Source: Candidatus Woesearchaeota archaeon (GTDB lineage Archaea; Nanobdellota; Nanobdellia; Woesearchaeales; B72-G16). From it: a stretch of 36,695 bases of DNA. The notes under the pieces are model-generated. The model searched no databases. It was not told where the DNA came from and saw nothing but the letters and a program-made list of their open reading frames with translations. The stretch is taken from contig QMQO01000001.1 of the NCBI GenBank assembly GCA_003650545.1, positions 68,845 through 105,539 of the forward strand. The letters are read 5' to 3'. Position 1 is the stretch's first letter, and each line of letters begins with the position of its first letter. The position numbers and the translations under genes are program-made. Below are positions 1-10,685 of the stretch, one piece after another.

Positions 1-894
1 AGGTGAAATTCAGGGCTCAATTTTTTTAGAAAAAGATTACTGATCTTAGATTGAATTACTGAATTTTAGATTCTGATTTTAGATTGTTTTAGATTGAATA
101 TGTTATTTTTTTGTTATGATTTTTCATTAGTTTGAGTTTGATGATTTTCTGATGATTTTTCTCTAAACAATTTTTTTTAATTTGCATTTCTTTAATTTGT
201 TTTTCTTATTTTTAATATTTTATCTTTGATGTTTTATAGTGCATTTTTAAAATTTTAAATAAGAATAAAGAATAATAAATCTATTCTGAAGATTTAATCT
301 GATGTTTTGAAATGTACTGATGTTTTGAAATGTAATAAATGTTTTTCATTTTTGCTTAAAATGTTTAGCTTTTTACACATACAATTTTCTTAGCATTTTT
401 GCATTTTTTGTTTATTTTTTTCTTTTTTTTAAACTTGTTTTTTCAAAAATAAAATACCGACAAAAGTTTTCATTATACCAATTCTATTTTCTAATTATGC
501 TTACTTTATTCGGTAGTTCTGTGTTGTAATTATGCAGATTTATGTCGTCATTTTTCAGATATTCATTGGCTTTATTTTTATCATATTTTTATTTAAATAG
601 GAAAAAAGTCTATAGAAAAAGTGAGTTTTTGATTTTTATTTTTATTGGTTATAACTTGTATGACTTGTAACTTAAAATAAGATGAGTGTGCTAAAAATAA
701 GTAATCTAAGCTGAAATATTTTTAGCTATAAATCGAACAGACTTAAAAATGATAGGTTGTTGAAAATAGAATAAACTTTTGTGTTAGGCACTATTTAATT
801 TACTATTGAAGAAGAAATTTTATTTGATTTTATCGACGAGAAAAGTTTTATCTTGTTTTTTATAGTTTTATATGTTTCTTTATAGTTTTATTCA

Positions 895-3800
895 TTATTT
901 GCATCCATAAACCTTTATGCTTTTTCTTGCGACTGTGTAGCGGTTTTTGTCTTCAACAATAACTCTTAAATAGCTGTTTTTTGGAATAGCGGCTTTAGTA
1001 TTACAAGTGAACTCATCATCTGCTGTCTGTTCCAGAAGTTTTGGGCAAATCTCTTGATTAACATAAACATTAACCTTTTCTGGGATCTGGCTACAGTCTC
1101 CTTCACGATTGATCTTTATGGTTATCTTGCTATTAATAGGTAAGGGTGTTTTTTGTTTTTCAGGGCAATCATTAACTTCAGGCTCGATGATCTGGATACA
1201 ATGTTCAAGTGATGTATATTCTTCGCCTTTGAATTCTGCAATAATAGCTCCTGGTTCGCAGACTTCGGCAAAATCTGCATCAACAACAGGAGCAACAGCA
1301 CTTGGTGTGCTATCTGTGGTGTAGTATAAATCAGCATGTACTTCGCCTTTTCCAATCGAGAATATGTTTTGGAGGAATGTTTTCATGTCTTCATTATCCT
1401 TATAGTCACTTATATCTGTAGAGCATCTTACTTTAATATTTTCTAGATTGTCAATTGAGATTTTATTTTTATATTCATTTTCTTTTTTGCAAATAAGTTT
1501 TCTGTCTTTGTTATTTATGTAGATATCTATATATGCATTATTCGCTTCACGTGCTCCACAATCATTTGCTACAATCACTTTAATATCTTCACCTTTACAT
1601 AGTGGCTTGCTTGCAACATCGCTTCTTGAAACAGGTTCTATTATTTCTAGCTTGGCGTTGTGTTTACAGATATTGAAGTCTTTAGGGATCATGGCATCGT
1701 ACACTGGCTCGAGCGTAAGTACGAGTTCATTTCCCTCAGAATCTCTCAGCACTTCTGCGCTCTCACCAGTATAATCTTGAATATTTGGATCAGCGTCGTT
1801 GTTCTTGTCGTTGAATAATGTTAACTCTAGCTTGTATCTGCCTGTTTTGAAATCAGGTATGATTTTTTCAGGAGTCTTCTCAAGAATATAGCTAACTTCG
1901 TCATCAACTTTAGCATAGACTGATAATGGTTTAACACTGGGCCGAGTTAAATATATGTTTATATAGCTATTACTAACATCGGAATCATCAGCATCACACT
2001 CTACAGCATATTCATCATCTTTAGTCTGCTGACACTCTATTGTCTGTCTTTGGCCATTTTTAAATAACACCCATTCAGCAGTTATATGATAATATTGGAC
2101 TTGTGTAGTAGAGGCCTCACTACCAATTTCTTCAGTCTGTGTTAATCTTCTATCTGCTACAATAAAAGATATCTTGTGAGGTTGATTATTTTCTATTTTA
2201 GAGATGATTTGAGAGATGTCTATTGGGCCTATTCTGAATTTTTCTTCTTCTTCTTTAAGATTGCTAAATGGTCCGTTTTCACCAAATTCAATAGCCTTGA
2301 TCTCTCTTGGTTTGTCTGGAGTAAGTGTCATAAAGTTACTAATTGTGCCGCGCTTTTTTTCAGTTCCATCAGGATCTTTCAACACCCATTGAACAGATAT
2401 GGGGATTGGCTTTTCAGCATCAGTAGATTCAAGATCGAACTTGACAAACAGAGGACTTCCAGGATAGTATCTCTTGTTTTGAGGCACTAACATTATTTTG
2501 TGCTTTGTAACAGAACCAAAGAATGCTTCAGGCATCAGGCTCTGGCATTTTATCCCAGGTGGAACAATGCTGAAACTACACATATACCCAAGGCCGCCCA
2601 TAAGCTTTATGTTTTCAATCTTTGGCTTGTCATTGCCAGGCTTTGTGAATGAGCCATGGATCTTGTAAGTGTCACCTAGTTGGTATTCATATTCTAGTAT
2701 AACCTTGTTGAACCAATCACCTGTATCAATATTATAATGCATTGTCTTTGTTACCTGGCTCATTGCAGGGATTGTGTATTGTTCTATAAGTAAAGGTTGT
2801 TGTTGGGGTTTACAGCTTTCCTTGTGTTCACCACTTAAAGGATCACACACTAACCAGAGTCTATAGGTTACATCAGTGCTGCCAGAGATTATACCAAGAC
2901 TGATTGTGTAGTCAATACTCAGCTTGTTTGTGAATGGGTTATAGTAGCCTGCTCTTGCCTTTGGCATCATAGGACCTATTATTGGCGGTGTTGGTACAGT
3001 GATGATAGTATCAATTAATGCGTTTATGTCTGTCCAGTCGCCTGTAAATGCAACCATGCAAAACTTGTTAACTAAACCATCTCTGGTAAAACCAATCTGG
3101 CTTGCTAGCTTTGTTCCTGCATATCTGTCCTCAATTGTCTGTTTTGCGGGGTTATCTTGCATAAGTTCTATCATGTTCTCTTTTCTATTTATAAATGTTT
3201 GAGGTCTGTCTCTGGTTGCATACTTCCTAAGCGCGTAGCCGATCCAGTCGCATGTGTACTGGCCGATCATGCGCTCACAATAACCGCCTTGTACCTTACC
3301 ATAATAGGCTTCTGATAGACATTGTTTCATAGCTTCTAGGATTCTCTTATAATTAAGAAGGTGACTATGTATTCCTGTGATACAACCACACTGTATGCTT
3401 GTGATTATGTCGTCATAAGGATTGATGTTTTTCTTGCCAAAGCATTTGACATCGTCAAAGTATGGAGCTTTATCAATATAACAACCTCGCGGCAGAGCTA
3501 GACGTTCTTTGCCAAAACGAGGATTATTTCTTATAGATTGGATATCATCAGAGAAGAATTGTTGATACTCTAGGTTATCAACGCAGATATAATATTCCTC
3601 AGCCCCAGACGATCCTATGCCGCCATATGCAACTGCAGCACCAGGAAAACCAGTGTAGCCTATGACTGTTCTCTTTACAAGCTTCTTGTTGTTCTTGCAT
3701 TTTATGGTTGCTTTGTTATCTTGTGTGGTTATCTCAAAATCTTGGCTATCTAATTGTTTGTATGATTTATATATATCTGAATTCACACTTATTGTTGCTT

Positions 3801-5982
3801 TCTCTAGGTCATATTCATACTTGAACACCTTATTACCAATCTTGAATGTTTTTGTTTGTTTCTGCAACAAGGCGTTTTCTGCAATTTTCCTGTTCTCTGG
3901 GGTATCTTTTAAATTATTATTATCAAGATAGGCCTCAATTTTCTTGTCAGTGATTGCATTATTGATCTGTTTAGATGTTAAGCCGAATCTGTTGCAGTCT
4001 GGTGGTACTGAGGGACAACCAACTCTGTCACACACACTATACAATGAACGTTGATTGCTTTCTGAATATGGTGCAAAGAGATTGTAGAGCTGATGCGCAA
4101 CACAGATGCCGAGTGCTGCTTTTGATGCTGAGCTGGTGTATTTTGTTATCTTTTCCAAGCCTTTGATTCCTTTATTCAATGTTTTTATTGTCTTGTTCAC
4201 GAACTTGGGTGAGAGCCATCTGCTTGTTTCTAATGGCTTTTCAACCTTGATTTTGTGCTCAATATACTGAATTTTAATTGTGTCTGTTTTATCGCCAGCT
4301 TCTTGGTAAGTAATCCTAACCTTTAGTGCAAAATCAATAGTGTCAGGAAGATCTTTGTAGACATCTCCCTGGAACTGTCTGACCTGAATCTTGTTATAAA
4401 CAAACCAGTTGTTTTGGTCATCTCGCCATGCGCGAATGCCTTTGTGATCTTTAACTGCGATGAAATGGTTATCTAGCCTGTTACCATCAAGATCGATTGA
4501 GATGCTTTTTATCTTAACCCTGGTTGGATCGCCTATAACATAATTTAGATCGTACATTAATGAGACCTCAACAGGGCCTAAACGCATGGTATCTGTATAA
4601 ACTTCATTTGGTATTGTAAAGACGTTTGTGATTTGCCACTCGTTTGCACCAGGAACCATCTGGAACATTACTGATGTCTGAGCAATATTGCCTGCCTCGT
4701 CCATTGCAATAATAGTAAGGTGGTTTGCACCTTCTGCAATGCCGATGTATTTCTCAAAGTTTCCTGGACCTGCATGAAATGTTTTATCGTATTTGGCGAT
4801 TTCAGCGAACAGATCTATCCTGGTTGGATCTGTTGGATCATTGGCTTGGAGTATGATGTCGCCTGTCGGGCTTGTCATGATTGTAACAAAGTCTTTATTA
4901 AGCTGCTGAGTGAAGGCTTCCTCGCCAGTGTTTATAACACGGACCCATGCTTCTTCTGAGAGTTCGCCTTCCAGCTTGATAACTGTTTTATGATATGGAC
5001 CTGGATCGCTTGTTATCGTGATCGTAGGCGGCGTTACATCGACCTTAACATCGAAGCTATGTGTTGCATTATTTCCTGCTGCATCCCTAGCAAGAAATGT
5101 TATTCTATGAATTGCTTCACCTGTTATAGGAAAGGTATCATTTATCCTACCTGTCGTTGCGTTGAATCCTGTGAGTTGCTTGAAATCGCATCTGCTTATA
5201 TTTTTTGGTGTTACATAGTCTTTTTCTGTTAGAATCTCATCGCAAAAAAAGATTGTTACATTTTCAGATACACTACCTGTTACAGGAAGTTTTGCTTTGT
5301 AAGTTGCCTTTGGCAGCGGATCAATAACAAAAATAGGAGGGTCTATATCAATTGTAGTGGTGAACCACTCGGTCTTTATATTTCCTGCAGGATCTTTGCT
5401 TATAACAGTTACATTATTAAAACCACGGTTTAGAATGACAGAGAAATTAAATTTACCAGAAGAACCTGTCTTAAACATATAATCTGTAGTGCCTCCGATC
5501 AGTGGAATCTGTTTTTGACCAAGGAATACTGTGATTTCTGTGTTGGGCTCAGAGCCACCAGACACAGGAAACTTGAATCTGTTGTAATATTTTGGTAGTG
5601 CGTCCAATAATATACGGATGTCTTTTATCTCTTGTGTTTTGAAGTTATAATATCGACCATGATTATTATCTATTGTGTTGTTGAGACCTATAATGAAATA
5701 ATATATTGTGTCTGGCTCTAGATTTTCAATTATGAAGGTGTGTTGCTTCATCACAGCAGGAATTGCGATTGTGTTGTTTAGGTTAGTTCTTTCTTTACCA
5801 TAGTGTATTGATGTGTTGTAATATTCTGTAGTGTTAAATCTGATTATGGCTGAGTCGAGTGTTGTCTCTTTCTTGATAGTTAAGGCGGATGATGCTGGTA
5901 TGATTATTAGAGTAATGATTATTAGAGTAAATAGGATAATCAAACCTAAGATTTTATCTGATTTATTTGATCTCTGGTGCAT
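895..5982 (-). CDS. Very large (~1695 aa) secreted/surface protein with N-terminal Fn3/Ig-like repeats and a Cys-rich central region
   Basis: The ORF track gives 895..6057. ATG 5982 (MHQRSNKSDKILGLIILF...) is preferred because it has a GAGGT Shine-Dalgarno-like motif and is followed by a signal-peptide-like hydrophobic stretch. Repeated Ig-like motifs: SKDPAGN, ARDAAGN, AMDEAGN with DxxPP. Confidence 0.75.
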   Translation of the reverse strand: MHQRSNKSDKILGLIILFTLIIITLIIIPASSALTIKKETTLDSAIIRFNTTEYYNTSIHYGKERTNLNNTIAIPAVMKQHTFIIENLEPDTIYYFIIGLNNTIDNNHGRYYNFKTQEIKDIRILLDALPKYYNRFKFPVSGGSEPNTEITVFLGQKQIPLIGGTTDYMFKTGSSGKFNFSVILNRGFNNVTVISKDPAGNIKTEWFTTTIDIDPPIFVIDPLPKATYKAKLPVTGSVSENVTIFFCDEILTEKDYVTPKNISRCDFKQLTGFNATTGRINDTFPITGEAIHRITFLARDAAGNNATHSFDVKVDVTPPTITITSDPGPYHKTVIKLEGELSEEAWVRVINTGEEAFTQQLNKDFVTIMTSPTGDIILQANDPTDPTRIDLFAEIAKYDKTFHAGPGNFEKYIGIAEGANHLTIIAMDEAGNIAQTSVMFQMVPGANEWQITNVFTIPNEVYTDTMRLGPVEVSLMYDLNYVIGDPTRVKIKSISIDLDGNRLDNHFIAVKDHKGIRAWRDDQNNWFVYNKIQVRQFQGDVYKDLPDTIDFALKVRITYQEAGDKTDTIKIQYIEHKIKVEKPLETSRWLSPKFVNKTIKTLNKGIKGLEKITKYTSSASKAALGICVAHQLYNLFAPYSESNQRSLYSVCDRVGCPSVPPDCNRFGLTSKQINNAITDKKIEAYLDNNNLKDTPENRKIAENALLQKQTKTFKIGNKVFKYEYDLEKATISVNSDIYKSYKQLDSQDFEITTQDNKATIKCKNNKKLVKRTVIGYTGFPGAAVAYGGIGSSGAEEYYICVDNLEYQQFFSDDIQSIRNNPRFGKERLALPRGCYIDKAPYFDDVKCFGKKNINPYDDIITSIQCGCITGIHSHLLNYKRILEAMKQCLSEAYYGKVQGGYCERMIGQYTCDWIGYALRKYATRDRPQTFINRKENMIELMQDNPAKQTIEDRYAGTKLASQIGFTRDGLVNKFCMVAFTGDWTDINALIDTIITVPTPPIIGPMMPKARAGYYNPFTNKLSIDYTISLGIISGSTDVTYRLWLVCDPLSGEHKESCKPQQQPLLIEQYTIPAMSQVTKTMHYNIDTGDWFNKVILEYEYQLGDTYKIHGSFTKPGNDKPKIENIKLMGGLGYMCSFSIVPPGIKCQSLMPEAFFGSVTKHKIMLVPQNKRYYPGSPLFVKFDLESTDAEKPIPISVQWVLKDPDGTEKKRGTISNFMTLTPDKPREIKAIEFGENGPFSNLKEEEEKFRIGPIDISQIISKIENNQPHKISFIVADRRLTQTEEIGSEASTTQVQYYHITAEWVLFKNGQRQTIECQQTKDDEYAVECDADDSDVSNSYINIYLTRPSVKPLSVYAKVDDEVSYILEKTPEKIIPDFKTGRYKLELTLFNDKNNDADPNIQDYTGESAEVLRDSEGNELVLTLEPVYDAMIPKDFNICKHNAKLEIIEPVSRSDVASKPLCKGEDIKVIVANDCGAREANNAYIDIYINNKDRKLICKKENEYKNKISIDNLENIKVRCSTDISDYKDNEDMKTFLQNIFSIGKGEVHADLYYTTDSTPSAVAPVVDADFAEVCEPGAIIAEFKGEEYTSLEHCIQIIEPEVNDCPEKQKTPLPINSKITIKINREGDCSQIPEKVNVYVNQEICPKLLEQTADDEFTCNTKAAIPKNSYLRVIVEDKNRYTVARKSIKVYGCK

Positions 5983-7972
5983 TTTGTGGTGACCTCGTAA
6001 CAATGATGTTGTTCCAGTTCTGCGCAAATGTATCAATGTCAGGACTCTCTGTTGCAAGGATGTTAAACTTGATTTTTCTGGCGCCTGAAAGTTGATCGCG
6101 TGTGATTCTGTAGTTGTCTAGCTGAAGCCCACCAATTGGTAGATCTCCTTTGATGAGAACCGCTTTTATGTTGTAGCTGTAGTCTCCGAAGATCAGCTCA
6201 AAGGTGTTATAGTCGCGAGCCGCTTCGACACTCGGGTAGAATATTGTTTTTTTGAAATTGTTCTCTTTGTTCTCAACCTCTATAAAGACGGTTTCGTTTT
6301 CCAGAAGCTGGCGCATTGAATCATCAGTAGTATCTATAATGTTAATCTCAACTTCCAACTGCTTTAGCTCCTTTAGATTAAATGAAACTACCTCTTCGTC
6401 TATGTTGTTGTCTGATGTAATCTCTGTTAGTTGATCTGGTAGATATCCTTGTTTGCTTGCAGTCAAGATACCGTTTCTACAGTTAGGTAATCTTGTGCTT
6501 AAGAAAGGTTCTGGGCTTAGCTTGATTTGGCTTCCCTCAAAGTATTGATAGTCTGTTTGCCCAATGTTACATTCAAAGCGTGCACACCTGTAAGTGATGT
6601 TGACTCCAGCCAGACTCTCTCCTGTTTCAAAATCTTGTGCAAAGATAAGAAATTTAGAGTCTTTGCTGTTACAATAGTCATTTTTAGTTAACCCTTGGTC
6701 AATGCTATCATCAAGCACAATCTTATAAGGATTTGTTATCTTGTAAGGTTGGTTCTTCTTTATTTGTACAGGGATCAGGAAATAAAAAATTGCCTGATCG
6801 CCTACAGTGTCAGTCACGTCTGTTATCTTAAATAATAACGGGTAACTAACATCATAGAAATGGTGGTATATCTTTATACACTGACCGATCAATGGGATAT
6901 TTCGCTCGTAAGGCTCTACAAGAAAGCCAGTTTTCGGTGCAACATCAAAAGACATAGGAAACAACTCAACTTCCCGACCATTTCTTTCGATAGTTGCATC
7001 AGAGAATTGGTGCTCAACTTTTAATTTACTGTGTTTTTTTGTTAATGGAATTACATAATTTATCTTGGATGCGTCAGGGTCGTCGGTTGGAAAGATTCTT
7101 GGTGATCTATAATAATCCAAATAATCTTGAAGCTCCGGCGATGTTATTTGTGATGGTGCTGTGTTCTTAAACTCGAGAAATCGCAGATTATATTTTATTA
7201 TTTTCTTCAGGTCCTCCTTAAGATCTGAGACAAGCCACTGACGTTGACCACAGTAAAACTCTGCACCTTGATAAGGGAATTTCCCCAGCCTATCAGTATT
7301 CGCTGTTGCAATCATGTCCATTGTAAGCTTTTCTAAAAATAAATTTTGATTTTCATAATCGTTAATTTCGTTTGCTAGATCAATCATGTCTCCCAAACGA
7401 ACCTTGATAACAGCTTGGTATTCAGGCAGACTTTTAGTCTTTGTTCTGCCAAGATCTGAGATTCTTATTGGATAGTTGACAACCACAACAACTCTGTCTG
7501 TTTGTATGGATACTTCAACTTGCAAAGGAACATTTTCTTCTATTATGAATTCTTGCTTAAAGAAAGACAGATTTGCTGTGCATTTTCTAAGATTTGTTTT
7601 GATGTATTTGCTAAGCTGCTTTTCAACATCTTTTCTGTCTAGTGAGCGATCCTCACCTTCGTAATACCAGTATGGAATTTTGTATGCGCCGTATTCATAG
7701 TATGCGAGAGGATTTCTGTCGATATGCGGCGGAAGCTCGATATATCCGCCCTGTAGCGATGCAAGCTTTATTGCTTCTCTTGTTAAATCATTGATACAAC
7801 CATCAACTGTGTTCTTGATGGGCATGAATTCTATTGGAATAGGTGGTCTTGGCTCAACCTGTCTCAGCTCTGTTAGAATGTATGATGTTAGAGCAACTAA
7901 TATTAGAACGATTAGGCCGATGATTATATAAGTGGTTATCTGACCTTTTTCACCTTTTTTTTCTAATGGCAT
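5963..7972 (-). CDS. 669 aa protein with a class III (pilin/archaellin-like) signal peptide; Woesearchaeota-type surface/pilus-associated protein
   Basis: N-terminus KKGEKG|QITTYIIIGLIVLIL matches the prepilin-like cleavage pattern. The gene overlaps the start of the downstream giant ORF. Confidence 0.7.
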   Translation of the reverse strand: MPLEKKGEKGQITTYIIIGLIVLILVALTSYILTELRQVEPRPPIPIEFMPIKNTVDGCINDLTREAIKLASLQGGYIELPPHIDRNPLAYYEYGAYKIPYWYYEGEDRSLDRKDVEKQLSKYIKTNLRKCTANLSFFKQEFIIEENVPLQVEVSIQTDRVVVVVNYPIRISDLGRTKTKSLPEYQAVIKVRLGDMIDLANEINDYENQNLFLEKLTMDMIATANTDRLGKFPYQGAEFYCGQRQWLVSDLKEDLKKIIKYNLRFLEFKNTAPSQITSPELQDYLDYYRSPRIFPTDDPDASKINYVIPLTKKHSKLKVEHQFSDATIERNGREVELFPMSFDVAPKTGFLVEPYERNIPLIGQCIKIYHHFYDVSYPLLFKITDVTDTVGDQAIFYFLIPVQIKKNQPYKITNPYKIVLDDSIDQGLTKNDYCNSKDSKFLIFAQDFETGESLAGVNITYRCARFECNIGQTDYQYFEGSQIKLSPEPFLSTRLPNCRNGILTASKQGYLPDQLTEITSDNNIDEEVVSFNLKELKQLEVEINIIDTTDDSMRQLLENETVFIEVENKENNFKKTIFYPSVEAARDYNTFELIFGDYSYNIKAVLIKGDLPIGGLQLDNYRITRDQLSGARKIKFNILATESPDIDTFAQNWNNIIVTRSPQNAPEIK

Positions 7973-8145
7973 TTTTTATTTATTTTCCTTTTAGTCAAAC
8001 TTTTATTCCAACTTTTCTTTAGCAAGTATTCTATGTAGGTAGAGATCTTTATCATGTTTTTATCACAGTATTCTCTAATCTCTTTGTAGAGATTTTTGTC
8101 TAGAGAAATGCTGATCTTGATTTTTGTCTGATTACCTTTAAGCAT
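7963..8145 (-). CDS. Small ribbon-helix-helix (CopG-like) DNA-binding protein
   Basis: KIKISISLDKNLYKEIREYC...ISTYIEYLLKK gives a beta-alpha-alpha pattern. It is the first gene of the operon. Confidence 0.6.
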   Translation of the reverse strand: MLKGNQTKIKISISLDKNLYKEIREYCDKNMIKISTYIEYLLKKSWNKSLTKRKINKKCH

Positions 8146-8458
8146 TTTTTTTTCTTAATTTTCTTACTTATCTTACCTGTATTACTTGTATGTTTTAACC
8201 TACTTTTAGGATTTGTCCTGAAAGTATTACTTAAATCTATGTTATGTTACTTAATGTTATATAAATCTTTTGGATTCTAATATTCTAATAATATGAAATC
8301 TATACAAAACTTACAAAACCTTAAATAATCCAAATCTTACTACCCAACATACAAGAGAATGAGCCTTGGCTATAAAAATGCTTGGATTTATTATGTAGTG
8401 GTGACTAGTAAGTTATTTATTCTGTTATGTTTTCTTACCTTTCTGAGAGGTAATTGCT

Positions 8459-9385
8459 ATGAACAATGATGATCAAAAAGATATTGACGAATTAATTAGA
8501 GAGTTGTTTCAAAAACAAGAGGAATCTGCAGAAAAGAAACTTTTGCTTCGTCCTTTTGACAGGGAGACTCTTTCCAAGATACCAAAGCGCGCTAGTTTTG
8601 ATGTCTTTAAGAAGCCTTTTTTTAAAGGGGTTAACCCAAGATTCAATCTTAGAATCAGACATATAGAAAATCTCGTTGAGTTGGAGTATCATTTAGAGTC
8701 TAATAAAAATCTTTATGGCGATTTTTTTAGTGTTTCTCCTATAAATTTTATTCCTGAGACCTCATATGAAGACAAATATGTTTCCTCTGTTATTCTTAGA
8801 TGTGAAGAGTATAGAAAGTATAATCAGCCAGAACCGATTGGACCAATAGAATCTGTGTGTGAAAAAGGTGTGTTTTTTTCTAATTATAAAGAGATCATTA
8901 TAGCAGAGTCTTTTAAAAGATCATTGTGTTTTGTAGATGCAAAAGATCACATTGCAGTGGCTCTGGTTGTTGGAGATGGTATATTAGTGCCTTCTTATGT
9001 TAAAGAACTTCACACATTTACATGTGATATCGAGTATGAAGATCATGTATTATATATGCGTTTTGTTGGACCAAAATACAAACTTAAGGATTCGCAATTG
9101 AGTGTGTATAATGATTCTTATCTGTTATATAAGCCAACCTCGACATATTCAAGATACTTTAAACAAATCTTTACCTTAGATGCTCTAGAGAGTAGGTTGC
9201 CCAGAGCAGCTACTATTGATGAGAGGATTAGCAGAATAAAAAATCAACTTGTTAGTTGCGGTTTAAAGCAAGATGTAATCTTTGCGTCATTAAAAATACC
9301 ATTTGGTACATTTGGTATGGGGCGTTCACTAAAAGAAAGGTATTTAGGTGTGTTAAGAGATTTATACCTAAAAAAATTAGGCTAA
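8459..9385 (+). CDS. Hypothetical protein, paralog of 9852..10523
   Basis: 308 aa ORF with GAGGT upstream; shares sequence blocks with the next ORF. Confidence 0.65.
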   Translation: MNNDDQKDIDELIRELFQKQEESAEKKLLLRPFDRETLSKIPKRASFDVFKKPFFKGVNPRFNLRIRHIENLVELEYHLESNKNLYGDFFSVSPINFIPETSYEDKYVSSVILRCEEYRKYNQPEPIGPIESVCEKGVFFSNYKEIIIAESFKRSLCFVDAKDHIAVALVVGDGILVPSYVKELHTFTCDIEYEDHVLYMRFVGPKYKLKDSQLSVYNDSYLLYKPTSTYSRYFKQIFTLDALESRLPRAATIDERISRIKNQLVSCGLKQDVIFASLKIPFGTFGMGRSLKERYLGVLRDLYLKKLG

Positions 9386-9851
9386 ATTAAGTTAATCTTG
9401 GATTAATCAACCATTAATCAATCGAGTTTCGATAGCCATCTTTCATCGCTCACAGCAGTCATCCTTGAAAATAAATGGATTTTATAATTTTTAAAGAATG
9501 TAAATACTAAAGAATATAAATACTAGTGTTTAATAATATATTTATATGAGGTGTTTTTTTAATATATGAGATAGTTAATTTTTATATATTAGATTGTTAA
9601 TAATCTTTTGATTATTAAATCAAAAACATAATTCAAATTTGAATTGTGTTGGGTATGAATTTTGTTGAGATTGCAAAAATTTTGCAAAAATTTCAACTAT
9701 TTAAAAAATAAAAATTCAATTTAAAATCAAATTAAAATCCAAATTTTAGGTATTTATCTCAAATCAAGATGTTAAGGTTGTCCGTCCCTAAGGTTGTTAA
9801 GACTTATAGTTATATAGTTAAATTATATAGTTAAATTCGGGGGAGGGTAAA

Positions 9852-10523
9852 ATGAAGAGAGCTCCATATTTTTTATCAATGCTTTTTGACAATTTTTCTC
9901 TAGTTGAAAGGCGCGAAACCTATGATAATTTTAGAGATTTTAGTGTTAAGCCAGTCTTTAACTTGAGGGTAAAGCGGATAGACCTGCGTGAATTACTTTA
10001 TCTGGATAGTAAAGAACTGGCTAAGAAACAAGCTGATACAGGGGTTTCTGATTTTGAGAAGGCATCATCAATCATTCAATGTGTCTCAAACTCCCTTGTA
10101 TTAGCCGATAGCAATGGGTATGTTGCTGATTCTGCAGTTGTTACTGGAGGTACGCTGCTGCCGTGTTTAGTTACTGATTTACATTCGATTCCCTGCGAAA
10201 TTCATTATAGGGATGAGAGGTTGTTTTTAAAGTTGCTTGATAGGAAGAGAAAAAAGAACGAATCTGTATTGGGTTATCATAATAAAAAACTGACATACGC
10301 CTATGCTAAAGAACATTTTCCATTGTTAAGTGTACCTTTATTTACGCTGGAAGGTTTAGAAGCAAGGTTGAAAGATGCATCAGTGAGTGATAAAATAGAA
10401 GCAATAGAAAAGCAACTTAAAGAAAGTGGGCGGGAAAAGAAACTCAAAGGTTTGATAGATATAGAAGATCCTGATGAACGCTTAGAAGCTTTAAGGACGA
10501 TTTATAGAAGAGAGTTTAGCTAA
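9852..10523 (+). CDS. Hypothetical protein, paralog of 8459..9385
   Basis: 223 aa ORF with GGAGGG upstream; shares sequence blocks with the previous ORF. Confidence 0.65.
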   Translation: MKRAPYFLSMLFDNFSLVERRETYDNFRDFSVKPVFNLRVKRIDLRELLYLDSKELAKKQADTGVSDFEKASSIIQCVSNSLVLADSNGYVADSAVVTGGTLLPCLVTDLHSIPCEIHYRDERLFLKLLDRKRKKNESVLGYHNKKLTYAYAKEHFPLLSVPLFTLEGLEARLKDASVSDKIEAIEKQLKESGREKKLKGLIDIEDPDERLEALRTIYRREFS

Positions 10524-10685
10524 GTTTGTGGTAGGATGTTTGATGTTTGTTTATCCTAAATTTACCCTAAACTTTATTCTTTTTATGTTTTTTGGTATAA
10601 TTCATAATTATAATTCATAATTCCACTATAGTTCTACACATTTTGAGCATGCATTTGATATGCTTAGAGAAATTTTAAGAAATTA

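Noticed and set aside
1..890. Long AT-rich, T-skewed non-coding stretch as a replication origin or CRISPR leader
   Set aside because: I see no ORB-like repeats, adjacent cdc6 or repeat-spacer array; only one 18-nt duplication.
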